Positions 1-13,000 of a stretch of 64,000 nucleotides of DNA are shown in pieces; positions within the stretch are counted from its first letter, which is position 1, and each line of letters begins with the position of its first letter. The notes below the pieces were generated by a model, which was given only the letters and a program-made list of their open reading frames with translations, had not been told where the DNA came from and made no database searches. A program made the position numbers and the translations under genes. The stretch is from Trichoplax adhaerens (Eukaryota; Animalia; Placozoa), in NCBI RefSeq assembly GCF_000150275.1, contig NW_002060950.1, positions 2,282,106-2,346,105 on the forward strand, in the 5' to 3' direction.

Positions 1-136
1 GAACGCTTATTAATCTTTTGAGCGAGCAATAGAACCAAAAAATAGTTAAAGTGAGGCCAGCGTCAAACTTGAATAGCTGAAGTATGTTTATAGCTTCATA
101 CATAGAATTGTTTAATAATACATAAAATATACTTAC

Positions 137-1063
137 AATACTTAGCATGTGTAGCTTCTTTTCATAATCGTTATCCGAGCACTGACCATCATCATGTACT
201 AATCCCACATTATCAATACCTTTACAGTTACTATCGGGTTCATCCTGCTTCTTCAAGAGTTTTAATATAAGGTGTCCGAATAGTTGTATATCTTTCTCTA
301 CTTGTGTACCATTATCAACATTTGTTGCCAAAGTAAAATTATATAAAATTGCAGTTTTAGGTCCCTGTAGAAATGAAGTTTGAAGTTTAGTGAAATTATC
401 TTCTTAACATATACTAACAGTAGTCAAATTGGAATAAGCTGAAATAGTTATGTTCGTTTCCATATGCCTAGGGTAAATCCGCTTGTTAGAGTATACATAC
501 CTTTGGTGTTCTAGATCCATATAAAATTGAGTCGTCCTCTAATAGATTAATAGCTATGTTTTTTTGATGAATATAGACTAGTGCTTCCAATATATCCAGA
601 GTGATGTCGTATAGGTTACCGATGCTAAGCGATTGAGAATTGGTTTTCATGACTTTGCAAAGCATTTCACCGTAAATTAGCTCGGTGCATATAACTCTGT
701 AAAGCATTAAAAATTTATTATTTTATTTAGAGTTCTGTTTACTATAAATTATTAGTAAATAATAGTTCTTAATTTAATGTAGTAGTGCCAAAAACCTACA
801 ATATGCAATTATGCAGTGAAGACTTACAGTTGCAAAAGAATATCGTTTACATTTTCACCCGGTGAACAGGTATATCGAAGTTCAGAGTAGGAAGATAACC
901 AAAGAAATTTGACAATTCCTTCTGGCTTACCTGACTCTTTCGATAATAGTCTTAATATTCTAGCTTCATTAGCCCACATATTGCGCTCTTTGTTACTGAA
1001 TGATTTCAACATACCAAATACTTTATCGCTTTTCCAGTTCAGCCAAGCTGCCATAATAAGAAA
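137..1063 (-). CDS. Three exons encoding a protein-kinase-fold (pseudokinase) domain
   Basis: Spliced translation: [22 protein letters not shown]...[11 protein letters not shown]...IVKFLW...[13 protein letters not shown]...[26 protein letters not shown]...AILYNFTLA...[15 protein letters not shown]. This matches kinase subdomains II, III, IV, V, VIa/b, VII and IX in order. Donors and acceptors are canonical with matching phases (0, 2, 0). Confidence 0.8.
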
Positions 1064-4000
1064 CTACAGAAGGAAGAGAAGAAGTGTCAATAAGAAAATG
1101 GAAAATATACTAACATGCAATAGTTATGTGTTATGTTTATTGTAAATTAATAAAGAAGTTTTAGAGCAAAAGAATAAAATTACATAGCTGTAATTTATAG
1201 AAATACGGTTAACACAGATCCAATATTATATGCTTATCGAAGTACTAGGTGCCTATTTAAATATTGCGATATTGAAGATCTGCCATGAAGCGTAAATCGC
1301 TTAATAGTTGTGTAGCTATGCAAATTGACACGTAGGAATATTTAAGAAAAAAGGAGATCATTATCTCAGTGGTGCTGATTATGCACACATATTTGAGTGT
1401 AGGAATAGTATACTTTTTATGATTCTGTTACGAACATAGATGAAAGGATCTTAAGGTATATACTGCACTGTTGGTGTATAGGACATTATTTAAATTTTGC
1501 TAGGTACTTTTAGATTGCTTATAAACATAAACGAGCTAGACAAAATGGCTACTAAGCAATTTATTTGTTCGTTACAAAAGCAACATTATATACCGGCCAA
1601 GCTCCTTATATACGTATTATCATTAAATTTAATACCTGTCCTTCTTTTAGCTGGCCACATTTTCTAATATTTACAATTGGCGGTTTATCAGCGGTTTCTA
1701 GATGGATTGATGAAATCAGTTTAGAACACCATATATTTATATATTCCATTAATTGAATGCTGGTATCTAATAAATGACTCTGTGTTCGATACTTACTTTT
1801 CATGGCTTCAAGTGGAACTGTGGGCGTAAAATTTCTAATGGTCCTTCTTGTGCTGTTAATAGTTGTATTGCTAGCTGAACTGGTGGAATAAACTTGTGAT
1901 TTAGTGGCAGATGTTCGCCGAGAGCTGGCCCATGACCTCATTAATCTTTCTTTAAAACTTTTTGTCGTCGCTGTGTATAGTATCGGATTAATTGCTGAAT
2001 TAATAGGTAAGCCTAGTACGGCGTAGTACGAAAATGTTCGAGCACCAATATTGACACCGAAAAATGTTAATATTGCTAAAACAATAGCTGGTAACCAGCA
2101 GGCAAGATCAGTAAATACGATCAGCATCATTTGAATCATAATTCGGCGTTGATTGAGAGCATCAGTTGATTGAACAGCTTGATTTGTTCGTTTAATTACG
2201 ATGAACATATTTAAATATAATGTAAGTATAATGATAAAAATAACTGTATTGCAAAATATAAATAAGCATAAAGTGTACAGCCAAGCGGTATTACGAGCTG
2301 GCGATAAGCTGAAGGGTAGACATACGCTAGACGAGGAGTAAAATCCACTGAAGTAGGGCATTAATTGTGAAAATGCTGGTGCTAAAAAGATCAGTAATGT
2401 CGTAGGCCAAGCACAAAACATAATGAATTTGGCTTTTCTTATTCCCAGTTTGTTGATAGAAAATGGATAAACAATCCATAAATAACGATCTATAGTCATA
2501 TTTAATAGGGTAAAAACCGACATTTCACTTGATATTGAGCTTATTATTCCGCAAATTTTGCAATATGGGCTATGTAGCCATGTTTTCTCTTCTTTAGCAT
2601 ATCTACCTTGCATATAGCGATCAGCTATACCAATTGATATTAAATAAACTCCCATCATAAAATCAGCGAAAGCTAAGTTTAAGATTAAAAAGCTTGGAAC
2701 GCTTTTCTGTTCTATTTTAACGTTCCAGCGATATAGTAATACTACAAGATTACATAGAATTGCGAATACACCCATAACCCAAACCATAACTTTCAAGACT
2801 TTATCAGCAAGCATATCTTGACATGATGATAATACATCTAAAGCGGGGTAGCACTGTTTAATGCCAGGCTTCAAGCAACAGAAATATGTACTGCTTGAAC
2901 GTCTGAAAATTGAAGATAAGAGTATCAAATGAAATTGAAGACTGAAAATGCTAGCAATATTTACTTCAATTACTGCTTTTGTTATTCTAGTGAGATCAAT
3001 ATAGGGTTAGTGAGTGCTTCCGAAGATTAAATAATTCCATTGGCCTAAGAGGATTGCATTACTCTTAACTGTAAGTAATATATCGGTAACGATCAGAAAT
3101 AGCTATGCCGCCTGGCAAATTTTAGTAATAATAAATGAAAGTAATCATAAGGTAAATACATACATACAAGTAAATAATAGAACAGGTATGGGTCCTTAAA
3201 ATTATAGTAGCTTGAAATAATTTGTACTCGTTTACAGAATTTTAAATTTACAAGCTATTCTATTATTAAGCTTTCTACTGTTATCGTAACTCAGATTTAC
3301 TTGCTCTACGACCTCTAATATTAATTTTTAGTCGTTTGACTATTACATATATGTATATATGTATATATACTTTTATATATACTTACAGATAGTGCAAATG
3401 AGTAAGATATTGAAACGTATTTTCAGCGATTAATCCAAGATCAAAAGGGTTATTTGATATTGTCCTAGATATTAGATAAAGTATTAAGCTCAATAAAATT
3501 ATGCTAGCTTAGATCTTTTAATCCTCTTCAAATGCGATCTGACTTACAATTCTGAAAGACTATTCATTCCAAAGAATACATCTGAGCTAATTGATTTCAA
3601 TTGATTATTCTGTAATAATCTATTTAGTGAAATTGATAGTGATAGTTTGAATAAATATTATTATAATACAGATAGATATATAATATTATGAGCAAGCTAG
3701 TACTATATGTATGTATTTATGCCTCTTTCAGTGAAAGCAGCTAGTAATTAAAATGACTTACAATGTTTTTAATTGAGCTAAATCTTGAAATGAGCCGCTT
3801 TCAATGAATTCTATCCAATTATAACTTAAATCGCTATTGGAAATAAATACCAAGTGATTACAAAGATTACTTAATATTTTGTTGATATTAAAAGTAAACA
3901 TACAGCAATTCTAAGTTCATCAAGCCATCGAAGGCTAAAGCAGAAATATTTTTTAAACTATTCTGTGCCAGATTCCTATAAATTTAAAGATGGTAAAATC

Positions 4001-7000
4001 AGCATAATTCTAGAAATGATAAAATATAAGAGAGAAATAGCAATGCGGCTACAACTTACAAGACAGTTAAATTGAAACACTGAGAAAAGGATCGATGAAT
4101 GGTAGATAGCTGTTGGTTGCTTAGATTGCTACAGATGTAATAAGAGATCGATAAATTTTTGAAATTCGGTCAATATGATTAAATTAATAATAGATACATT
4201 TAATAGATTCACTATGTGTACGAGAAAATTATTGTATGGAGAAGATAGTACTAACAGAATTCGAAGTTCTGCACATTCAGAAAAAGCTCCAGATTCAATT
4301 TCTTGTACGTAATTTCCTTGAATATACCTAAATAATGTAAGAAAATTTAGCTGCGCTATTTGTTCATTATTAAACTAAATTATTTTGACGTGGAAAATAT
4401 ATAGTCAGTTTTCATTAAAAGATTAATGTGTTCCTAAGCACAAATTTACACACGAAACAGAATTACTAACAGAGAACGTAGCCTTTTAACATTTTGAAGA
4501 AAATGTTGTGGAATGATCGTCATGTTATTGTAGCTTAGATCCCTAATCGATTCGAAAAATATTCAAAATGCAGTAATTAAGATGAATAATTGTTAAATAT
4601 TGAATAAGACATCATCATATTAATAGTTCAACATACAGAGCATAAAGACGAATCAAGCCTTTTAGGAATTCATTACTGCTTCCATCGTGGAATAAATGGT
4701 TATGGCTTAAATCGCTAAAAGAGATTACAATCCATGCTTTAGCTTTGATATAAAGATTGCTCGATTTTAATGTAGTAGTAGTTGAAGTTGAGATTAACGT
4801 TACGACTTACAGGAATCCTACATCAGATAATTTTGAAAACGGCTGGGCTGGCAATGTCTCAAATTGATTATGCGATAAGTATCTACAGTAAACCAATATA
4901 AGTTGTTATGCAGCGTATTATATAACTAAAATTGCAGCATGTGGTAAAATTTTATTGACTAAAGCAAGACAATATAAGAAATTTTTAATTTCAATTGATT
5001 AATGGTGCAAGCTATCCTTTAACATTTCAAAATATCATTTTAAACGACTATGCACATAGGAATAGAGATGAATTAAATATATTAGCTAACATGGCGGTAA
5101 GATCAACATTGAGGGGGCTTGGCAAAATTTGTAGTTTTCTGTTTCGGCAGTCTAATGAGGTGCTATTGCAAATGCAAGCGTTTGGACAAGTAATATTGGC
5201 TATATGAAGTATGGATAAGTATATATTTATGATGTTATAATATAGACGTAGAATTAATGATTCAAATTAATCTCTGAAGCATTGTAGATAGTCTCTATGA
5301 TACAACCCTATTAGATTCCAATATTTACCGCAATGAAGTTCATCTGATCCATCTTGGCAATCTATAACGTGATTACACAATGTTTCCCATTTACGACATT
5401 TAGTCCACCGACAAACTGGACATGCTGATTGCCCTGTTAGAGAAATTTTTTTTTACATAGAATTGAATTTAGGTCGGAATATGGTTTTGCTAAATAAGAG
5501 CTAGAAAGTATATCCTCATAATTTTTCTACCACATGCAATCTGTTGCGAGTTATCCTTGCATTTATATCCATTGTTGCATTTGTAATCATTTTGCACACA
5601 TTGGCCATCGTTACATTTAAAATCATTACTCCAACACGCCGTTACGTTAGCTATTTAAGTTCATGTCCAATTTGGTCGAATAGATATAAAAAGTAAATAA
5701 GCATGAAATATAATTAACAAAGTTTAAAAATATTATGATAACATATTACTGGCTACTTCTAATAAGTAATTACTTTTTTATACTATAAAATAAAAGCCAT
5801 TTGCAGATTTAATGATCGATTATAAGAGAAGTACCGTACTATAGCATAGTATTTATTAGAAGTTTTAGTTACTAATTCTTTGAAGTGAGCCTGATTTCAA
5901 TCAAAGATGTAGTTACATTTAATTTATTTCAAACTTACGGCAAAAAATTTCATCAGAATGATCGAGACAATTATTAATGTTGTCGCATGTATTTGCAAGC
6001 TGAATACAGCTGCCATCGTAACATTGAAATTGATTTTCATTGCAAGTTGATAAATCTATTGAGGAATGGAGATATTAGTTAATACTTGAGCAAACTAAGG
6101 TATATCGATTTCATTATTGTTTAAGAAAATGGATAGTAATTTATGCTGTATTACTTGAATTATTTCTATAGAATAGGCTAAATCCTCCTCCTTGATTAAA
6201 ATGGTTTATGACCACCAATTTCAGGTACAACACGTTGCCAACGAAAGTCATTTTCTCTGGACTTTGGCTACCGCAGTATCGCCTGGTTGTATCTAGTCTT
6301 TCATATTCAGTTGATATAGTTAAATAGTTTTGCTGGCAATCGTAACGACTATTAGGTAGGTAAAAACGACTAAATTGTAGTGTGATTTCCGATATATTTC
6401 CAGACGGTTGTATAGTATAGATGCACTGAGATTGATTGGATGGCAGTTGTGGGAACCTGTATGAACTAATTTTATCGGATTTAGCGTGGTAAATTTCATC
6501 ACATTTCGAAGCATTCCTTCCTATAAGGCAAAGGAGAGGACATAATATCAGTATATGGGTTTAAGTTACTCAAAACTTAGCTAAATTCATCAACTAAGAT
6601 GTAGTTATCATACCACAGAAACTCCAGTGAGAATTATCTTGGCAATAATGAGATGAATACTTGCAAACTTGGTGTTTATTTTCGCACTGGCCGTTACTGC
6701 ATTGGAATTCTGATGGCCAGCACGATTGAACTAGTAATAAAAATCATGATAGAATAATGTTAGAATAGAATATATGCGTATAAGGAGATATTTAGGCGAA
6801 ATGTTAAGAAACCTGTACGATGTTAGCTTACTCTCTACTGGTATAAAAGATGTATTTATATGATGAAACTAAAGCAGTATTTTATGGTAGCATATTCGAT
6901 AGTGATAAACGAAAAATTTAAACCAGCATGGTACCGTTAGTAACTCAAATCTATTTAAAAACTCATGTAATAAATAAATCTCGACGTGTAAAAGAATTTT

Positions 7001-10000
7001 TTGCTGTTGAAGAAAATCTATGAAAGTTTCTGTGCTGAAATTCTACCGCAATAACTTGGTAGACATTTAAGCAAATGATCACTCAAATGGGCATATTTCA
7101 TATTTCATAACTATAGTAAAACCCTTACGTGCAGTCTTATTTCCGCATAGGTATTCATCTGAATGATCAGAGCAAGCGAATTCACCGTTGCATCTTTCTG
7201 TTGCATCTACACATTCTCCATTTTGGCATTGAAAACTATCTTTAGGGCAAGGTGTATAGTCTAAAATAAAAATTTATTTATATCAATACGTACTTATAGC
7301 CTAAATATAATCGACACATCACGAATTCTAAAGCACACATTATGCATACCGTATTAAAAATGAGAAAATAGTAAAAGATGAAGAGATATATCAGCTAATG
7401 TTGCACAATTTACTGATTTTCTCACAGCTTACATGATAAAGATTGATAGAATGCAAAAAATCCACCCCCGTTCTTAGGTAGTTCCAATAGACTTGCGGAA
7501 CTGCTAATTCTCAATTGGATCAGTAACGATGATGAAGAAGAAATCATTACCGGAGGTATAGCCGAACCACAATATACACCTTGATAAATTCTTCGTGCGG
7601 CTAAGGTGTTACCGTCTCGAACAACGAGATAATCTTCTTTACAGTTTATAGATGGTCTCAGATAGAATCTTTTAAACGTTAAGACTACTCTGCTATTGGG
7701 ATCCTTTAGCTGAATGTGATATAAGCATTCTGTCCCAATGTGATATCGCGATGGATAACCAAAAGACTGAATAATTCCATGATTGGAATTGTAATTGAAA
7801 TTACAACCAGAGCTGTTTGTTACTGTTAATTGATTAAGAATTACTTTAAGTTAATAAAATTATTTATTCTTAAATTAATAATTATATTTGCAATACGTTA
7901 ATAGTTTCAAAGAGCGAAATTATAATTTTAATTACCGCAATTATATTCGTCTGATTCATCGATGCAGTCAATAACGGAATTGCATCTATAGGTATCGGGA
8001 AAAGCTAACATAGGTAGACATAGGCCGTCGCTGCATCTATATTCTCCTGGTATACACCCTATGTTTTTATCTTAAATAATTAATTTGAGGAGAGGAAATA
8101 CTTTAGTGGAGTTGGAATCATAAAATAATGAAAAATCTGACGTGAAAAATTAGATAGCATGATGACTATTGACGACATATAAATTTGTATTGGTTCGCCT
8201 AGTCTTATACTATAAATAGTACAAGTGCGTCGTTTCATCCTCTTAGCCACCTTACGTACTACAATTAGCTGAAATTATTACAAAATTCATCAGATGAAAT
8301 CATCTAAGATGCGAAAGGATCTTAAAAAATTGAGGGGATAATATATCGTAACGACTGAAGCAGATTTAGTAACTACCACAAGTAAGTAATAAATTCATGA
8401 AATTGTCGCACTGAGGCACTATTATTTAAAATGATTCTGCAAGTTTAATGCAGTGGTTTGTTAAACTTACCAAATTGCATTTGGTAGGTAATATTTACAA
8501 CATATTGGTGATCAAATACTCCATAGGGATTGTACTGAAAATTGAGCATAGCTATAGTTGCGTTAATTCCGTTTATTAGCCGTTGGAATGTATTCGAGGT
8601 ATGAATGCCACATTGAGAGTTTGAGACTAGTCCGTCTTGAAAGTTCTTCAAACTGTCTAGTTGAATAGCTGCTTTAGAACAGACAACTTGATCTTGATTA
8701 CCAATATTAACTCCTAAATGAAACATATTGTAGGTAAAATGGATGCCAACACCTTGCCTGTGATTAATTATAAAGCAGTATGTTGCCAGCTTATATGTAA
8801 GAGTTGATGGAATTGGAAGAATCATTGTTCTTTTTAATGCTGTCTCTGTAAAATCGCAATTACCGCTTTTAATACCTATAAAAATTTAGGTAAGTGAAAT
8901 AATTGAATCAGAAACAGTATCGGAAAATGTTTTAAGTTTACCCCCAAAAATAAATTTTATACCTAATTGAGTATTGGAATCGACAATGTACGCTCTAAAT
9001 CCAAAATTTCTCGTGTTATTACCAATTTGAATCCCAGTCGCATTCCATTTGTAAAGCAGATATAACGTCGATCCAGGTGTAATTTCCATACTTGGCGATT
9101 TTTGACCGCAATATCGACCAAGTAAAGTGCCTTGAGAACTATCACCTACTCGAATTTCTAAATAATTTTCCGCACAATGCTTGGAATTTCTATCACCGAT
9201 GTTGAAATTAATAAAAATTAACTTCAAAAAGCGATCACGACCTTGTAGTTGGTAAGTACAGAAATTATCGCTAGCTACGGTTTTAATAGAAGAATCAAAT
9301 GTTGGTGATTGAAAGAAACTAGACGATGAATCGGATGTCACTTTTTGATGACAGCTAGAACCTAATGGAAATAAAATTAAAAGTGGTATAGGTTAGGAGT
9401 TTATTAGGTAGGAAAGAAGAATAAAAATATCTGATAATAGCGTTACCTAATGAATAGTGGACAGGGTGGGTACATAGACTATTGCGTATCTCCATGTATC
9501 CAATATCTACGGTATTTAGACTAGTACCGTATCCTCCACTTGATATGATTAATTCAATCTATCTCAGAATGTTAATTATTATTTATAATTAATTAAACTG
9601 ATGTGGAAATAAATTGGAATTTAATGTACTTATCTAGGTATCACATAAGCATAGAAACTAGATTTATTAGTAATCCATAAAGCTTTAACCTGTACAACTT
9701 TCGTGAGAGCAATAGGAATAGTTTGAACTCTCCACTGGTTATCTACAGGATGCGTAGATAGCCATACCAGGATTGGCTTACTGTCGTTGATGGTAGTATA
9801 TTTTATTTGTAAATTAATACTTGACTCAATTGGGAATTTATACCATAAGATCATGCATAAACCATTTGTAGTACTGGAGATATAAGGGCTCTTTAGTGAA
9901 ATCGTTGTTGGCTTGTTGGCTAATTGGAACCTGTATATACTTCTAAACTGGCCTGAACGATTATGAAGAAGCTGTGCTAAGTAGCTAGTATGGTATTAAG

Positions 10001-13000
10001 TAAAGGATATGATTTGATAAAATAATGTGCCGTATACGAGTAGTTTATAGAAGACTTTCAATTGTATATCTATGATGTCATATAATACTCAGATCTTTGA
10101 GACTACTAGAAATCTATTAATATTACGTTCTAATAGTAAGTTATCTTTCATTTATCGGTTGTAAACTGTTACCTATACACCAAATAAGTTGATATACTTA
10201 TAGACTATCGCTAACTGATGCAAATGTTATGCGATAAAGATAAATTAGCTGAAGTTTCATAACATACGATATAAACCGTAGCAACAGATGCTACCAGTAC
10301 CTGATCCTTTCGTTATCCAATAATTTTTTGCAGACTCAGTATGCCAGTAGCTAATGTTACGGTCTGGATTAAATTGTGTAACTTGGCCTAATGCTGAAGC
10401 TAGCACATGAATAACAATTATTATACAGCAGATAAGCTCGATCTAAAGAATTGATTACTATTACAGGAACATATCAACGAAGATAAAATTTACCGATTAT
10501 TTTCCCAACAGTTATCCAAGATACATTGACTGAAAGAGCCAGCGAAGATTTTTGCAATAGTGTTGATGATTTAGTTATATATTGCATGTCAACTTGATTG
10601 CTAGATGCTTCTAGAGAGAAAGGCATCAGTGACAGATCAATTGTGCTAAGTGTTGGCGAAAAGGCTTTAATTGCGTCTTTAATATCTATTTTATGAGACT
10701 TTAAATCGGTTAATTCACTGCTGTTGAGTAGTTCAAGGCCATCAATTTGGATATTCAAGGCAATAACTCCATCATCCTGGCTTCGAATACTGTAAGTGCA
10801 ATTCTTAGTTAAGTCAATCTCCAGCGAACCTTTGGATGTTGTATAAACTCTCGAACAGCTAGCTTGCCGATCTGAAAAAGAAATTGACCGTCATTTATAA
10901 TTACATCGAAGTAATCATGATAAGAATTAGATCAATAACAAACTACGAGAAGGTTTTCCAAATATCGTAATTTTAACGATTCTAGCGTTAAGATAGCTTC
11001 AGTAAGAAGTAATAACTATTGCGATTCAATAAGTTAGAGTTATTTCGAATATTTAAAAGTAATGATACGATACGTTTATATAGGCGAAATTAAACATTTA
11101 GCGAATGGAAGAGTTCTAGGCTGGTGCGATTAGCTATGTATCATGGTGTAATACTTTCAATGCTACTATGCTTAAGGTTAATGTTTTATGAAATTTCAGA
11201 TAGTCTTTGACAAAATTGTTTAATACTTACTAAATCTACTGGCCACGGCCTTAAATCCCTTCTCTACTTTTGAATACCGAAGCCGGTTAGAATGAAATTT
11301 AACCCATAACCAATTTGATGTAGCCACCATGACAATTTTGACATCTTTACATAATTTTCCAATTAATTCTGAGGTGGATAAGGCTCCATCTCTTACTTCT
11401 AGGTAATCGTTGTCTTCCGTACAATCGTCATCTAGTGGTAGGCGAAAATGATCAAACTTCAAGTCTTGTATATCAATTTGAATGCGGTGCCCGGGATCGA
11501 TAGTTAATTTGTAAGTAAAATCACTTATGAGCGGATATGGCAATGGATAATTTGGTGATGTAAATTCTATAACGTCAGTGACCTTTTTTAGACGGATAAT
11601 TTGTTCTTTTTGCTGCGTCTGAGCTGTAATTTGAAATAAATAATTGCAAATCCACTTAATTTATCTTTATACAAGATGATTCAGATTGTAAATATCTATC
11701 GATCGATTACTTTTTAAATATTGTTAATTTAACGAGAGTACATAAAAGTAAAGCTAAATGAATTTTAATAACAAAACTACCATGTAAAATAAAAATAAAA
11801 ATTAAATATTTTACCTAAAAAATTTTCCAAGTGAAACTTGTATTTTACTTCGATATTTTTTTCGTAAAATGAATTAAGAATTTGCATCGGAGTCTTGGTA
11901 TTTATAGCTATTATTTGATCCGGATAGTCATTCGGACATAAATTTATTCGTGTATTAGTATCAATTTTCATTTGCAAATAATTGATCGCGCATTGGATTA
12001 ATGGTCGATTAGTTGTATAGTCCACAAGTTTGAGTCTTATATAAAAGCTGTTGATTTGTTTTGGAATGGAGAGAAGGGTTGTACACTGCATTGTATAAGG
12101 CGAAAAAAATGGATACCAGGGTGATTGAAAATATATCTGCCCATTGCTATCGTATACTTTAGCTTGCATATTAGCTTGTTTTGGACAATCTAAGTTTTCA
12201 ATAATAAAAATTAACAACATAACTAACATTAGAGAGCTGGAAAGTGGGAATATATGATAATCAAGAAATATCGTGGAGATATACTAAAAGTACGGTAGAG
12301 GCTATCTTGGATTTATATCTTTAACTGAGCTAACCAATTTTTTTCATTCGGATTACAGCGCATAATAGAACAGCTAAAGAAATTTTAATTTTCATAGCTA
12401 TATACTTTACCTGTGTTATTAAGATTACAGTTTAGACACACTATAATATCATCGATTGCTAAAGAATCTGTCGGTTTTTCTTGCCAGACTCTAATATTTA
12501 GCTAAGTGAAATAAAATTGGAATGAATAGTCTGGTTAGTGATATTTTATTATCTAAAATCTCGTAATGGTCATAACATTAACGTCAATTTACATTTGGAT
12601 GCCATTGCTACTAACTTTCTGATAAATACATGCAGACAATATTATAAACTCTGCATTCTATGCAATACCATATACATACTATAAAATGAACTTACATTTA
12701 TACCGGCTATTCCTTTGCTTAACTTGGGTATATTCAGTATAGGAAATTGAACGAATGACCAATCAGCAATTAATTTAAATTGCAAGCAATACTTTGTAGA
12801 ATTGACTGGTTGTGTAACGCCTAGTATTGAATAGGTAAGGTATATTCTGATCGGGAAATTTGATCCATGAAAGAGCCAGAAGCCGACATGAACTTGGCTA
12901 GAGCCTGGAATGGTGACAGTGGTAGAAATAGAGGCATTGGTTGCAGGCGTAAATTGATTGAGAGGATTTAGAACCAAATAATGCCCTAAGTATTAAAAAT

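Noticed and set aside
909-1756. Plus-strand ORFs 909..1145 and 1565..1756
   Set aside because: Antisense shadows of the kinase and 7TM exons with no recognisable protein features.
3345-3380. TATATG-type microsatellite
   Set aside because: Short intronic low-complexity tract, expected in AT-rich DNA.
6320-6514. ORF-track 64 aa minus-strand ORF
   Set aside because: Off-frame; the real exon (~6155-6520) is a CUB domain in another frame.
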